From contig NC_092673.1 in the NCBI RefSeq assembly GCF_964355755.1, positions 23,371,648-23,435,647 on the forward strand: a stretch of DNA of 64,000 bases. Reading direction: 5' to 3'. The notes beneath the pieces are model-generated. The model ran no database searches, was not told the origin of the DNA, and saw only the letters and a program-made list of their open reading frames with translations. The translations under genes and the position numbers were made by a program. Positions 1-12,400 of this stretch are shown in pieces (positions within the stretch are counted from its first letter, which is position 1; each line of letters opens with the position of its first letter). This DNA is from Antedon mediterranea (Eukaryota; Animalia; Echinodermata).

Positions 1-575
1 ACTACAGCTTTGACCAGATTTACCAATGCTTCTCTGTGTTGTGCTACTATTGCTGCCTCTTCCATGTTTTCTGGGTTCTCTATTACATTTGGATCTATTG
101 TACAGACCTATACTACATCTTTGATCTTACCTATGCTTCTCTGTGTTGTGATACTATTGCTGCCTCTGCCATGTTCTCTATTACATTTGGATCTATTGTA
201 CAGACCTATACTACAGCTTTGACAAGATCTTACCAATGCTTATCTGTGTTGTGCTACTGTTGCTGCCTCTGCTTATGTACTGTGGGTTCTCTATTACATT
301 TGGATCTATTGTACAGACCTATACTACATCTTTGACAAGATCTTACCAATGCTTATCTGTGTTGTGCTACTGTTGCTGCCTCTGCTTATGTACTGTGGGT
401 TCTCTATTACATTTGGATCTATTTTACAGACCTATAATATCACAGTTTTGGCAAGATTTACCAATGCTTCTCTGTGTTGTGCTACTGTTGCTGCCTTTGC
501 TTATGTACTGTGGGTTCTCTATTACATTGGATCTATTGTACAGGCTGATACTACAGCTTTGGCAAGATCTTACCA
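1..575. repeat. Minisatellite, ~113 bp unit, about 5 diverged copies (may extend left of the window)
   Basis: GACAAGATCTTACCAATGC recurs at 221 and 334, with variants near 11, 451 and 561. The unit is not a multiple of 3, which explains the frame-shifting repetitive ORFs here. Confidence 0.9.
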
Positions 576-779
576 CCTTCCACCACCATGTTGTGCATGC
601 GACTATCGATGTCTGTTGTTGTTTTCCAAGTTGATATCAATGTTCTAGTTTCTCTTTTAAGTCTTAGCTGTCCTTGTAGTGGTTCTTGTTTTTACTAGTT
701 GCCAATCATCAGACTATCCGATCATATTGTCTTAACCCTCCTTATTATGCTATAAATGCATCTTGACAAGACTGTGTTA

Positions 780-919
780 AGCTCTGTCTACACTATTAAA
801 CTTTATGCGACAAAAAATGTGATGTGCCCATATATGGACATGATTTCATATCACTACCATATTTGAGCATATCACTACCATATTTTTTGTCAAACTAGTT
901 TGATAATGTAGACAGAGCT
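780..919. mobile_element. 140 bp Tourist/Harbinger-type MITE; related copies at ~8060-8194, ~8214-8350 and ~23505-23665
   Basis: TIR AGCTCTGTCTACA...TGTAGACAGAGCT flanked by TTA on both sides; internal ATATCACTACCATATTT repeats are shared by the other copies. Confidence 0.8.
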
Positions 920-2449
920 TTACATTTAAAAGCATGTCAGTGTAGTACTTGTACTGTAATTGTAATGTTTTGTAACTTTGTTTCCATTGTAAAGCTAACA
1001 GTAATAATCACAGTGATGAATTCTATACAAGACTTGTCAATTTATTCTTTACTGTTTGGTATGATCTGTGTAGAACATTGATAAAAAACATAAATAGAGC
1101 ATCTTTCTCAATCACTCTTACTATTAATTATATAATAATTAACATGCAATTTCCGAACAATATCCACCTTTCAGATCATTTTAATTATCAACCAATATCA
1201 CAAATCACTTTCTATTTAAAATAGAAACTTCTTTTGATTTTATCAAGATAAGTACTCTTCTATGTTTATAAACATGCTTTGTCACATTGTGTATCCATGC
1301 CCAAGGCCTTACAAAAGCCGCTTGTCTGGGTTGTCCCAAAGAAGGCAAATTTTCTATGGAAAAGAAGATCATTGATATCTATGGATCTATGGCAGCTTTT
1401 ATTTTTCAATTTAAAGCACCTTATTTAATGATCAAGGTTTATACAATATTACAACCCTTTGTGGAGTAATAGTGCCCACTGAATTTTCATTTAAATCAAT
1501 TTATAGGGCAAAATTAATCTCAAAGAAAATCTTGTGCTAGGCTGCATACAATTATGAATAAAAATTAAGTTTATGTCTAGGCTTATCATAGCTACAATAA
1601 TTATTTTGACCATTGTCAAAGTTCTAACAAATTAGTAAGCACTGCGCTGAAACCTAAATAAACTGTGTAGGTAATATTCTCAAACATTTGCAGTATTGTA
1701 TCAATGCTATCCCATATCAATCATAATAAACAACCCTGTGGAACATTCAATATCTTACAATTTGTGGAATGGAATCAATTCTATAACAGCGAACATTCTT
1801 ATCCTTACAACATGACCCACCTATTCCAAAATATTAATAAACTTTTCAACTATAACTACAACCTTTTCTTTACACATACGTTACAATTCAAATTTGTACA
1901 ATCCACCAATCATCGTATTACTTACAAAAATAGACACATCTATGTGCAGGCTACTGACCAATCAGAAAAGTGAAAACATTACCTTTAATCCATTAATAGG
2001 TCCACTATCTATGTCCATTCATATATTGTCTTTTATTCACTCTTAAAATTAGTTTTAACTACTTGGAAAAGCTTGAGTTGTAGTTTTCCCATAAAAATAT
2101 TAAATATAACATAATATTCACAAATTTTAAGTTAACTTTTAATATTAATTATTATTATTATTAATGTGTAAAAAATTATATATTAATAATATTTGTTTGA
2201 TATAGAAATAACCAAATATCTGAAGGTTATTTATTATAATAACTTCATTTCTTATTGTTTCTACAATATTTATTTCAGTTTGTATCGAATATCATACATC
2301 ATGCTGCAAAACAGTAAAACATGTTCTGCACAAGAGTGAAGTATCACTTTTGCACTTTTTTTCTCATCTTTACAATTTTACCAATTTACCAAAATTGTAT
2401 CAGTCAATGATAATAAAAACAAGGTAGCTGTAATGCAGTGGAATCTATA

Positions 2450-4328
2450 GGGTAGTAACAAAGTGCGAGGCAGCGAGGCACGCGAGGCAGGGAAGGCATG
2501 CGAGGCAAGTCAGAAATTTATGCGCGGCATCGTTTTACCATCATCAAAAAATGCGAGGCATCATTTTATCATTTCTCAAAATTGCAAGGCAGGAAATCAC
2601 CGAAATTGAAGTAGCCTAGGCCTAGGCCCGCTAGGCTAGTTTCCTTTTGCACCTGCCTTGTATTTTAACCAACTTTATCCTGAATACCACAGCCTATTAG
2701 AATTAGTAGGCCTACTTTAATGAAGAAAAATCACATAAAAGTAACAATAAATCCATTAAATTGGTGATTTTACAGACGTTGTTTTTCTCGCATTTCGCAC
2801 ACTCAATGTTCAATATTTTGGTTTCTATGGAACGCCAAAAGAGCAAAATTAATTAGAGGGCTAAAAACTCTGTGGAATCCATTTATATTTAACGCATTAT
2901 TTGGTGAAAATCAAGTACAATTTCAATAGATTTTGTCACTGTCAGTAAGGAAAAATGTTACTGTTGATAATGTACACGGTTTCGTTACCTTTTAAAGAAT
3001 AAAATAGAAAAATTCATCATAATATCCTTAGTAGGATGTCCTAGGTCTAGACTAGGTAGTGATGTTGATTTAGGATCGATTATTATTCTTTGAAAACAGA
3101 ACAGTATCAGCAGTAACATATTACAACATTTTTATTGACAAATTAACAAATATATTGAAATAAAACGTGTTTTTCACCAATAAATGCATGAGAAATTGAC
3201 GCATTCCACTGAGTTTTAGTCCTCTATTATCGTTGCTCTTTTGGCGCTCCATAGAAACAAAAATATTGAACATTGAATAAGTGAAATTCGCAAACAGTGT
3301 GCGAGAAACACGACTGTAAAATCATTAATTTAAGGATTTATTTGTTACTTTTTATGTGATTCTTTCATTAAAGTACTCATGAGGTATACTTCTAAGGTGT
3401 GGTATATACACGATAAAGTTAGTTATTTATCAAATTTGGAGTAAAAATACAAGCGAAGGAAACTAGCGCCAGGTTTATTAGTACGTACATGGACAACAAT
3501 AAATAAAAATCGTTCGTAATATACCTAGCTTACTAAAACAGGAATAGTGTATCATTATTAAATATTACACCAATTATTATTTTATCAAAATTGATTAGAT
3601 TATTTTCTACATAGGCCTCTTATCTAGGTTAGGGCTAAGCATATTAGCTAAAGTTTAATTTTAGGCCTAGTATTACAAGTCTTTTTTCACACGCGCTCCA
3701 GAATTCTGTTGCAATTTTTTTCTTTGCGGCATGTTATTAGATCGGCATATCAGTTACCTTTTATTCACCGCCAGTTATTGAACTTGTCCTCGCAATCGCT
3801 GTTCACTTTATTTGCGAGAGAGGTACACGTGTTGTTCCTAGAGAATGGAATGTCAAAAAATGTCTTTGGCACGCCGCTCAGAGAGAAGTCTGTGCGTTGC
3901 TGCTGAAACCACGTGCTATAGGAGGGGAATGCACCACAATCCTCTGAGCTGAGGGCTGAATCATTCCGCTACCTGCTAAATAGTAAAGAGGGATTTTCCA
4001 TCTCTCGGGTCTACCGGATCTAGGCGCAGGGGTGTGACAAAATATTATTTTCACTCTGCTATGTTCGAGAGACATGTGAGTAAAATAAAATAAACAACAT
4101 GATGAGTGTATACACGAATCTATTTAGATACGCTTGTATCGATTGATTATTAGGCCTATAATATAGCATAATAGCACGTTAAGATATGCCTCGCACCTTT
4201 TTGAAATTGTAAACTATATGCCTCGCATGCCTTGCACTTTTGGAAATGATAAAATGATGCCTCGCACAAATATTTGGCATGCCGCGCTTGCCTCGCGTGC
4301 CTCGCTGCCTCGCACTTTGTCAACACTC
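2450..4328. mobile_element. Non-autonomous Mutator-like (MULE) DNA transposon, 1879 bp
   Basis: Exact 9 bp TSD GAATCTATA (2441-2449 and 4329-4337); G-starting imperfect TIRs (GGGTAGTAACAAAGTGCGAGGC vs GAGTGTTGACAAAGTGCGAGGC) with many subterminal GCGAGGCA motifs; no transposase ORF. Superfamily inferred from TSD length. Confidence 0.85.
2633..3470. mobile_element. Diverged long-TIR foldback MITE nested in the MULE; same family as 48359-50190
   Basis: About 350 bp imperfect inverted arms (e.g. TTTCTATGGAACGCCAAAAGAGCAA vs TTGCTCTTTTGGCGCTCCATAGAAA); right end AACTAGCGCC matches the 50190 end. Confidence 0.8.
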
Positions 4329-4417
4329 GAATCTATATACTATTTGCTTTAATGTTCTTTAACTAGAAGAGCAATGTTTACATGGAGCCAATGTTCAACA
4401 GTCGCTTGATTGCATTA

Positions 4418-4567
4418 AGCTTGGTTCCCACTAGGGAGCGATGCAAGGACGCAACGCAAGTGTGTTGATCAATGACAAGCAACAGTTAAAAAACCATCGC
4501 TTGTGATTGGTCAATTCACTTGCGTTGCGTTACGTCCGTGTGTTGCACCTCAAGTGGAAATCAAGCA
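4418..4567. mobile_element. Hairpin-like Harbinger-type MITE; related copy at ~25734-25931
   Basis: AGCTTGGTTCCCACT...AGTGGAAATCAAGCA flanked by TTA/TTA; internal inverted ACGCAACGCAAGTG / CACTTGCGTTGCGT. Confidence 0.7.
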
Positions 4568-5187
4568 TTATGTATGAACACTATAAAAGCATAGAATGCT
4601 CAAACCAACCATTGTTGTGTCGGCTTCCTCCAATACCCTGCATTAGTCACAGCAGCTATCACAACGCTGATTAGATTGTGATCATGTGCATATCGTATAA
4701 TTCATTGTACAATTTTGAAGCATTGCGGAATAAACAATCCCTTTTAACATAGAAAATTGGAGAGGTAACTATTGTACCGTGGAAGAAACTGGGATTCTGG
4801 TATTATCCCTAAGCATAAGCATTTTCCAATGTGAAATATGAGTTGTATCTATCAACTCTCACTCCACGAGAAAATTATATCCGACATAAATAAAATTAAA
4901 TTGTTAATGATAGCATACTTTCACTGGACATATGGTACAGTACCTCTTTAGCTTTGTACAGAGTGTCCAATAGTTAAATATTACAAAATGTATTACATGT
5001 TATAACTTACAAAGAAAATTGATAGCGAAAATATAAATGATATGATTAAAACAGAATTATAAAAGTATATACAATCTGAAAGCCAATCTCTTTTATCTAT
5101 ATATTAGAAATGGTATGTGCTCAGTTGTTTGGTTAACATAACATTTTGCCTAAATCTAATAAAATAATAATATTTTGTTTTCATATA

Positions 5188-5337
5188 CAGTAAAACCTTG
5201 GGACACCACTATTCAGGGGACACATACTTTCCAGTGAAACAAACAAGGGGAAACATATGTCCTAACTCTACGGCCAACTCTTATTCAGTGACAAACATTG
5301 GGACCCAAAAAGTGCCCCCCTAATAGGGGTTCTACTG
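5188..5337. mobile_element. pogo/Tigger-like (Tc1-mariner) MITE just downstream of the NOS1AP stop; decayed relatives at ~20355, ~44709-44936, ~46187-46290
   Basis: TA|CAGTAAAACC...GGTTCTACTG|TA termini; shared GGGACAC and TATTCAGGGGACA internal motifs. Confidence 0.65.
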
Positions 5338-5480
5338 TATCTGTAAATAATGAGAACATATAACGTGACAAAGTATTTAAATAGATGTGTGAAAACAGAG
5401 AAACAAGCTGTATAATACCCACTACTCTATGTCACAAGACCGACCTAACAGAATGTGTGTAGTAGATACAAAAAACAGAG

Positions 5481-6476
5481 TTAACTATTAACCGTTTCAA
5501 ACTCTTCAAAAGCGGACGATGGAAGGGGAGGTACTCCGGAATCCTCAGAGTTTTCCGTATTTTCATCGTCGGAGAAACTTATATGGAGCGTGTCAGACAG
5601 GTCCAACTTCTTTTGCGGACTGGCGCTTAAACTCGATTCTGGACTTGCCATTTTGATATTGAAATCGTTCGAGTCAAATGTAAATGCTGGCGACACTGGG
5701 TCATTATTACGCGAATTCATATCGGTTTCAGTTGTAGTGCCCGACGTTAATGAATCACTCTTACTCGGAGATTCCGGTAAAATTGTTGTTATCAATGTCG
5801 ATTCTACCGGTGTACTGATAGAACCGTATCCGTTGTAAATGTGCCGTGACGATTTCTGCGACTGCTTATTTTTCTCATCAAAATCTTGCTTCTCGTAACA
5901 ATCGTGAATGACGGAATTCACCGATCTAACCGTGCCAGTCGGTGTTGAACCTGGCGACATGCTGACTCCAGACGATGTTGAACCGCTTTGTGGAAGTCCA
6001 TAGTTTCTGTGCCTACTATGTTTTCTAGAGTCTAACTGTTCCACAGATATATTAAGCATTTTAAGACTGTCCGATATCGGTTCATTTTGACAAGAGTCAC
6101 TGTGATATACTGGGTACTCGTTGTTGCTATCACTGCCACTGCTGTTCCGCAAACTTTCCAAATGATGTTGTTTGTAGCTGTTTATACTGTCAGTAGCATT
6201 GTGACTACTAACCAGCGTATTCTCAAAGAGTTCTTTAGATCTATCCTGCAGGATTTGTGTGGATGTCACACCATTAGCATTCAACTCTGGTCCAGGGCCT
6301 GCAGGCCGTGGTGTTGTTGGATCTGTTAGCATTGGTATATCGTTTAAGAATGGGTTGCCTGTGCTATGTGATGGTGTGCCGTATACTTGAGCTTCGAGTT
6401 CCTGAATGTGGTTCACCAGCTCTTGTTGATTTTGCAACAGATCTCTGTTTTGTAGCATTACTTGATGTAGTCTTGC
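5481..6476 (-). CDS. NOS1AP: NOS1AP last coding exon ([14 protein letters not shown]...FEEFETVNS*), Ser/Thr-rich low-complexity tail
   Basis: 996 nt containing the 325 aa ORF of the track; AATAG acceptor; continues the conserved coiled coil. Confidence 0.92.
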   Translation of the reverse strand, partial: ARLHQVMLQNRDLLQNQQELVNHIQELEAQVYGTPSHSTGNPFLNDIPMLTDPTTPRPAGPGPELNANGVTSTQILQDRSKELFENTLVSSHNATDSINSYKQHHLESLRNSSGSDSNNEYPVYHSDSCQNEPISDSLKMLNISVEQLDSRKHSRHRNYGLPQSGSTSSGVSMSPGSTPTGTVRSVNSVIHDCYEKQDFDEKNKQSQKSSRHIYNGYGSISTPVESTLITTILPESPSKSDSLTSGTTTETDMNSRNNDPVSPAFTFDSNDFNIKMASPESSLSASPQKKLDLSDTLHISFSDDENTENSEDSGVPPLPSSAFEEFETVNS

Positions 6477-9400
6477 CTATTGAAGAAAAACAAAATGTTT
6501 ATTTTAAATTCAATCAACATTAAATAAATAAACAATTGATAAATAATGGGCAATATATTACTTATGGAATTTACTTCCAGATGCAACACTACTCCTCAGT
6601 ATTGGAGAAGTACCCACTGCTTCCATGGGCTCAAATCCAACCCTAGCCATCAGCACAAACTGAAGGGTCTATAGGTTTGAATACCAGGATGGAATAGGTT
6701 TGAATACCAGGAGGTCATAGGTTTGTGTACCAAATGATAATTATTTGTGTTCTCAATGTACAAGTACAATTGACGTCAGAGTATAGGCCAAAACACCAGA
6801 CCAATTATGTGTATAAATAGTAATATGGCATCTATTCATGATATACAGTAAACAACTGTCTCTCACCTGTGCTTCTATTCTGGCAGCAGATTCGGCATTC
6901 AGTTGATCTTTTATCAGAGACACCTGGGCCACGGCAACTTGCGTCTGGGTCTGTTGATGTTGCACTTGTTGCTGCAATAACTGTTTCTGGTGATACCAGC
7001 TCAATAACGTCCCGGTTTTAGAATCTGGGTCGGTGTCGATCATGTAGGGGGCATTGTGGGAGGTTAAGGTTGAAATGGATAGTTCCGTCTAGAGAGATAG
7101 AAATCAATTAATTAGAATATGATAGTTACCATGTTATAGTACATTTTTTTAGAGGAAATGGATGAATAGAGGTGGGGGTGGGGAATAGATTTAATACAAT
7201 TAAGTTTTGGAAATTTGATTATAGGAGAATAATTTGATTTGTTAACTGAATCATAATTGAAACTAAAACTAATTGTTATTTAACATACTGATGATCAAAG
7301 TAGTTTTTTACCATGTTTTTAAGTATACAAGTGCTTGTTAAAAGACATACTTAAAAGTTAATGTTATTAAGGCCTTGTTTCCCATCAATTTTGACACATG
7401 CATAAAGATTTATTACTTTAAAGGAAGCAGACAATATTATAAACAAGGAAAATCAAAAGGTGACTCATAAACAAGGAAGAAAATAAGCATGATATAAAAA
7501 GAAAAGCATTCAAAAATTGTAATGGAAATAGAATAGGAAACCTGGGCTGTCCAATTAAAAGGTGCTGTGATTTTAAAGTAATAATCACAGGCAAAAAAAT
7601 AAAAAATTAACATTTTATTCCAAGAAACACCTTTGGCTTTGTCCATCAATGTTTAATAATTTCATAAAGTACATACAGTGGAACTTGGTACACTCCTATT
7701 ACAGAGACATGATCCCTATTATATTAAGGAGACACTTGTTAGGTCTCAAAGCTCCTTTAATAGCGGTTCTAGCAACCAACATATTGTCCACCACTTTATG
7801 GCTATTTATACCTGATAACTATCATCTTGCCGTTTGCTAGGATCCATATCTGATATGCGTAGTGTAGCCTGTCGTGATATTGACTCCAATGGTGAATCCG
7901 TCTCACTTTCTTTACCTAGTCCTGTAGAAAGAGAAGTAAACAGACATTTTAATTTCAGAAATTTTGACATTAAAAACTTTGCCAAACAAATTTATACTAC
8001 ATATAGTAGAACCCCTATTCTGGACAAACAAACAAATTGAATCTTTCTAATGAGTGTAAAGTTCTGTCTACACTATAACATTTTATGTGGCAAAAAAATG
8101 TGATGATGTCATATCACTACCATATTTGGCCATATCACTATCATATTTGGGCACAATTTTTTTCTCAAACAAGTTTGATAGAGTAGATAGAGCTTTACCA
8201 GTAAATTGAATTTGGTCACTATCAAACTAGTTTGACAATAAAAGTGTGCCCAAATATAATAGTGATATACCCAATTATGGTAGTGAAATGACATATCATC
8301 ATGTTCATATATGGGCACATCACATAGATTCTATAGTGTGGACAGAGCTTTAGGTTACTATTTTATACAATTGATTTTAACCTGAACTTCTGTTAAATTG
8401 AGAAGTTGTCTGCACAAAAACCCTAAGAAAAACCCTACTTCTAATCAATATTTATTTTTAATATATTTATCTTCATCTGTTTTACTTTTTCAATAAAATA
8501 TATATCATTGCACAATGCAGATGTTTTAAACTTAGTTTCAATTAACTTGTCACGTTGTCTGCCTGTCTCCTCCATTTCCTTTACATCTACTCATCACTGA
8601 TAGTTTTATCAAGATATTCTAATTACAGTTTTTAACATAGAAAGAGACATGTATGTTGAATATATATTAAATATTGTTGTTCTTAATTCTTTCTGTCATG
8701 TACAATCTTGTTTGTTGCGGTTTCTTTATTTGTACTAGTTCCCGCCAGAAGGGGGAACCATTCGTGACAGGGTTTGCGCTAACATTGATTCAAAGGTAAG
8801 ATCCATTTAGCGATGGGCTTAGCATCCAGTAAGTATAGCTAAAATCTCTGCTAAAATTGTGCAATAAATTGTGACACTGGACGGACCAAGGACTTAAACT
8901 ACTAATTTCGCCCCTTCATTTCCCACGCTTGTGCTACCAAATCCTCGGAAATATTCCTCATAAATACTGTACCTCCTCATATTTTTCCACACTTGTGCTA
9001 CCAGGCCCATGTAAATGCGGAACCTCCCCGTATGAAAATATTTAAGAACAGCTTGCAAAGTATATTGAGTAAACAGGTAAAAGAAATAGTTTTACTGCAG
9101 TAGAATAAATTTGACATAGTCTCTTATACATGTGTTCTTCTTTTGAAAAGCATTTATTACAGTTGTTCAGAAACATTAGTGTCACATTATTGTGAGTTCC
9201 TATGCATATTTTCAAGCACAGTTTTAACGTTTTGTAATTTAAGTAAAGAGATATCGTCATTGTACTATATCATCACTTGATATTTAAAGTTTATCCATTT
9301 AAAAGTAGGTTAATGTATTAAGCGGATACAGTAGTACATTTAAATAAAACTACTTGAATTGTGTTGTTTAATTTGATAAATTGATCTGCGGATTAGCAAT

Positions 9401-12400
9401 GAAGACAACGTCCTAAGTGCTGACATTCCTAAGAATGTATGAAGAATAGCTGAATTTACCACTGCATTAGTTCATTAGTAGTGGTGAAGAAAGTGACAGA
9501 AATCAATAATATGTTTTCTTACGTTGACAAGTTTTCATTCTAAAGATCTCGTTAATATATCAACTTTCATTTTTATAGCACATTACTACGTGCAGCTTTA
9601 TCATTTGAAAAGTCTTAATCATAAACTTTGCCAGCGTTTAGACAGGAGAGATGTATAAATAGAATAGGTGCAGAAGATGCACATGGGTATAAATATGATG
9701 TAAATTTAGAAATATACAGAGAATAGAGAGGGCGTTTTGGTCAAAGCATTCAAGGTTTTTGTCTGAGTTTAACTACCATAAACTGTGGTGTTCACTCCTG
9801 TACTGTATGTACATTAACTTAATAATATTTATCATTCTATGTCAACTGCACTAATAACATAATGCACTAGCACTGCAGAGTTCTCTAAGGGTATGTTCAG
9901 ACTCACGGAGTTACGGTGGAGTTAGCTACGCAAGGCGTACGGTAATCCGTGGCGTTAAAAGCCAAGGTGTTCAGACACAACGACCAACATTCCAATGCCT
10001 TGCGTTTTTATTTATATAAATTATAATGTTTACCTTCAAATATACTGATTTGTTCTTACTACTTGTAGAATTGCATTTTAATTCAAAATATTTTAAAACG
10101 TAATTGTTACACAGACAATTATCTGATTAATTGATTTAATTTATGAACATATCATATCACTGACGCCAACTTTACTGTTCTTTAAAATCTGAACCTGAAA
10201 ATACATTTGACATAGCTATTTCGCTGTCGTATCATAGGGTAGTTGCTGTCTGCTAATCGTGGTCGTGTGTTTTCATTGGTTAAGGTTAAAATCACTGAGC
10301 TCCCTAACGCTAATCCGCAGCATGGTTCAGACACAGAAATATGTACGCCACAGACTGAGTCTGAACATACCCTAAATAAAATCAGATTTTTTACTGACAA
10401 ATCTGCAGGATGCTTGCTAAATTGATGATCTGTGCATATAGAGGTCGGTCGGCCAAAATGAGGGGAGAATTTGGACAATTGAAAGGGAAAGTCTAGTACA
10501 TGGTTTAAATGAAACTACTGTATCACCTTATGCAAATAAAAATCAACCTAATATTGTTTTCTACATATTTGGAAACGGAATTTCAAAAGCGTATAAATTT
10601 AATTAAAATGATATTAATAATTTACATGACATTTTTCAGTATGATAAAAACTTTTGATACAAAAACTTAAAATTACTGCAATAAAATCAATGTACTTAAA
10701 GTAAACAGGTCAACAAAGTCTAGTATCTGAAAAAGAATCTTTTTGACATACTTTTCAAGACGATAAAACGTAAATATGCCTATTTAGAAGACAAAATTAC
10801 CTCTGGTTCTTGAGTCGTCGCTGTCGTTACACTCATTTTCTAGCTGAGAATCACCTGCGGACGTTGTTTGATGCAGACTCAATTTGTGACATACTTCAAA
10901 AGCTTGGCCAATTGTTCGAACTATTCGCATAGCTTGGCTCTAAAATGGATACAAAAATGTAGAAAGTTAAATAAGGTAGCATTATATGCTAATCCAATTA
11001 AATTTTTTTAACTTCCTTTCAAATCTTTCTAAAGAAAAAACAAACATATAATCTATATTAAAAATAATCCAACTCACGGATATCTTCCCACTCTTGGATA
11101 TAGTCCCACGCTCTGAGATATTTCTATGCTCATATATATTCTAACTCTTGGGTATATTCTAACTCTTGAATGTAGTCCCACACTTGGATATAGTCCCACG
11201 CTCTGAGATATTTCTATGCTCATATAATTATATTCTAACTCTTGGGTATATTCTAACTCTTGAATGTAGTCCCACACTTGGATATAGTCCCACGCTGGGA
11301 TATATTCCCTCACTCGGATATACTGTAGTCCCACGCTCGGATATAGTTCCACATTTGAATATATTCCCATGCTTCGATATAATCCCACGGTTATCCCCTA
11401 AAAACTTTCCCATTATAACTAGGCTTTAATTGAGTTACAGTCTTAGATACAACAAACACATAAATAAACTGAACAAAATGGTGGATTTCAAAACATATTT
11501 TTTCTCTGAATTAATGGATTATTAGATCAAATCATGTAATACATATGTGAGGCCTTTGCAGAATCAATCATTTTTGTTGCCCTGAGGGCAACCAGTGATT
11601 GTTTCAACCAGTGATTGTTTTGCCCAAATAAAGTCCAAAAAAATATTTTGTTTTGTGAAATACAACAGTATAGTCCAGCCTCGAACCAATTTTTTTAATT
11701 GTTTCACCAAAGGAAATTGAGAGGGAAAATCAAATCAGACAAAGGTTATTATCCTCAGGGCAACGAAAAAAATCTTGATTCTGTGATGCCTGTAAATCAA
11801 GTTTTAGACTATTCTTGATCTTCCAACCCGTCAATGAAGCTTTCGTCAAGCATCATAGCCAAGTGTTTGTAGAGATTGGATTACTTAAAGTTTGTAGATT
11901 CATAAAGGAAATCAATAAGTTATTATAATGCACAATCAATGGTTGTGAATAAGCACAAGTTTGTGGGACATACAATATTATGTCTTTTATTATAAAGTGA
12001 AACCTGTCATTTAATATGATGTTGTACAAGAGACTTGGGTACAGGTCCATCAAAGGCATTTTTAAAGCAAAACTATTTAGGGGGAAAATATTATCTAACC
12101 ATTATTCAACTGGGGTTCTCAACAGACGGCATGCGGACCAATCTGGTTTACCAGTGAATTTCATATGAAGTTGCTGCATTTTATTGTTAAAAATTACATG
12201 AGCTTTTAGGGATTTTCTCATGGACCTTCCCAATTATGGACAAACTACTTGATGATAATGATATGTTCTACAACACATATGGTCCGCAAGATTATCAATA
12301 GAATCAAGCCTGCACTAGAAAACTGTTCGAGTACTCTGATCTAAAAAGTCTAGCACTTTATGTTTGTATAAAATCCACAATTAACATTTAAGCCCAAAGA

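Noticed and set aside
10-648. Hydrophobic repetitive ORFs as membrane proteins
   Set aside because: By-products of a 113 bp tandem repeat read in shifting frames.
11825-11860. Minus-strand hammerhead-like motif (TGATG...CGAAAGCTT); similar CGAAACGTC near 42364
   Set aside because: The CTGAnGA box and stems are not recoverable; too degenerate to call.
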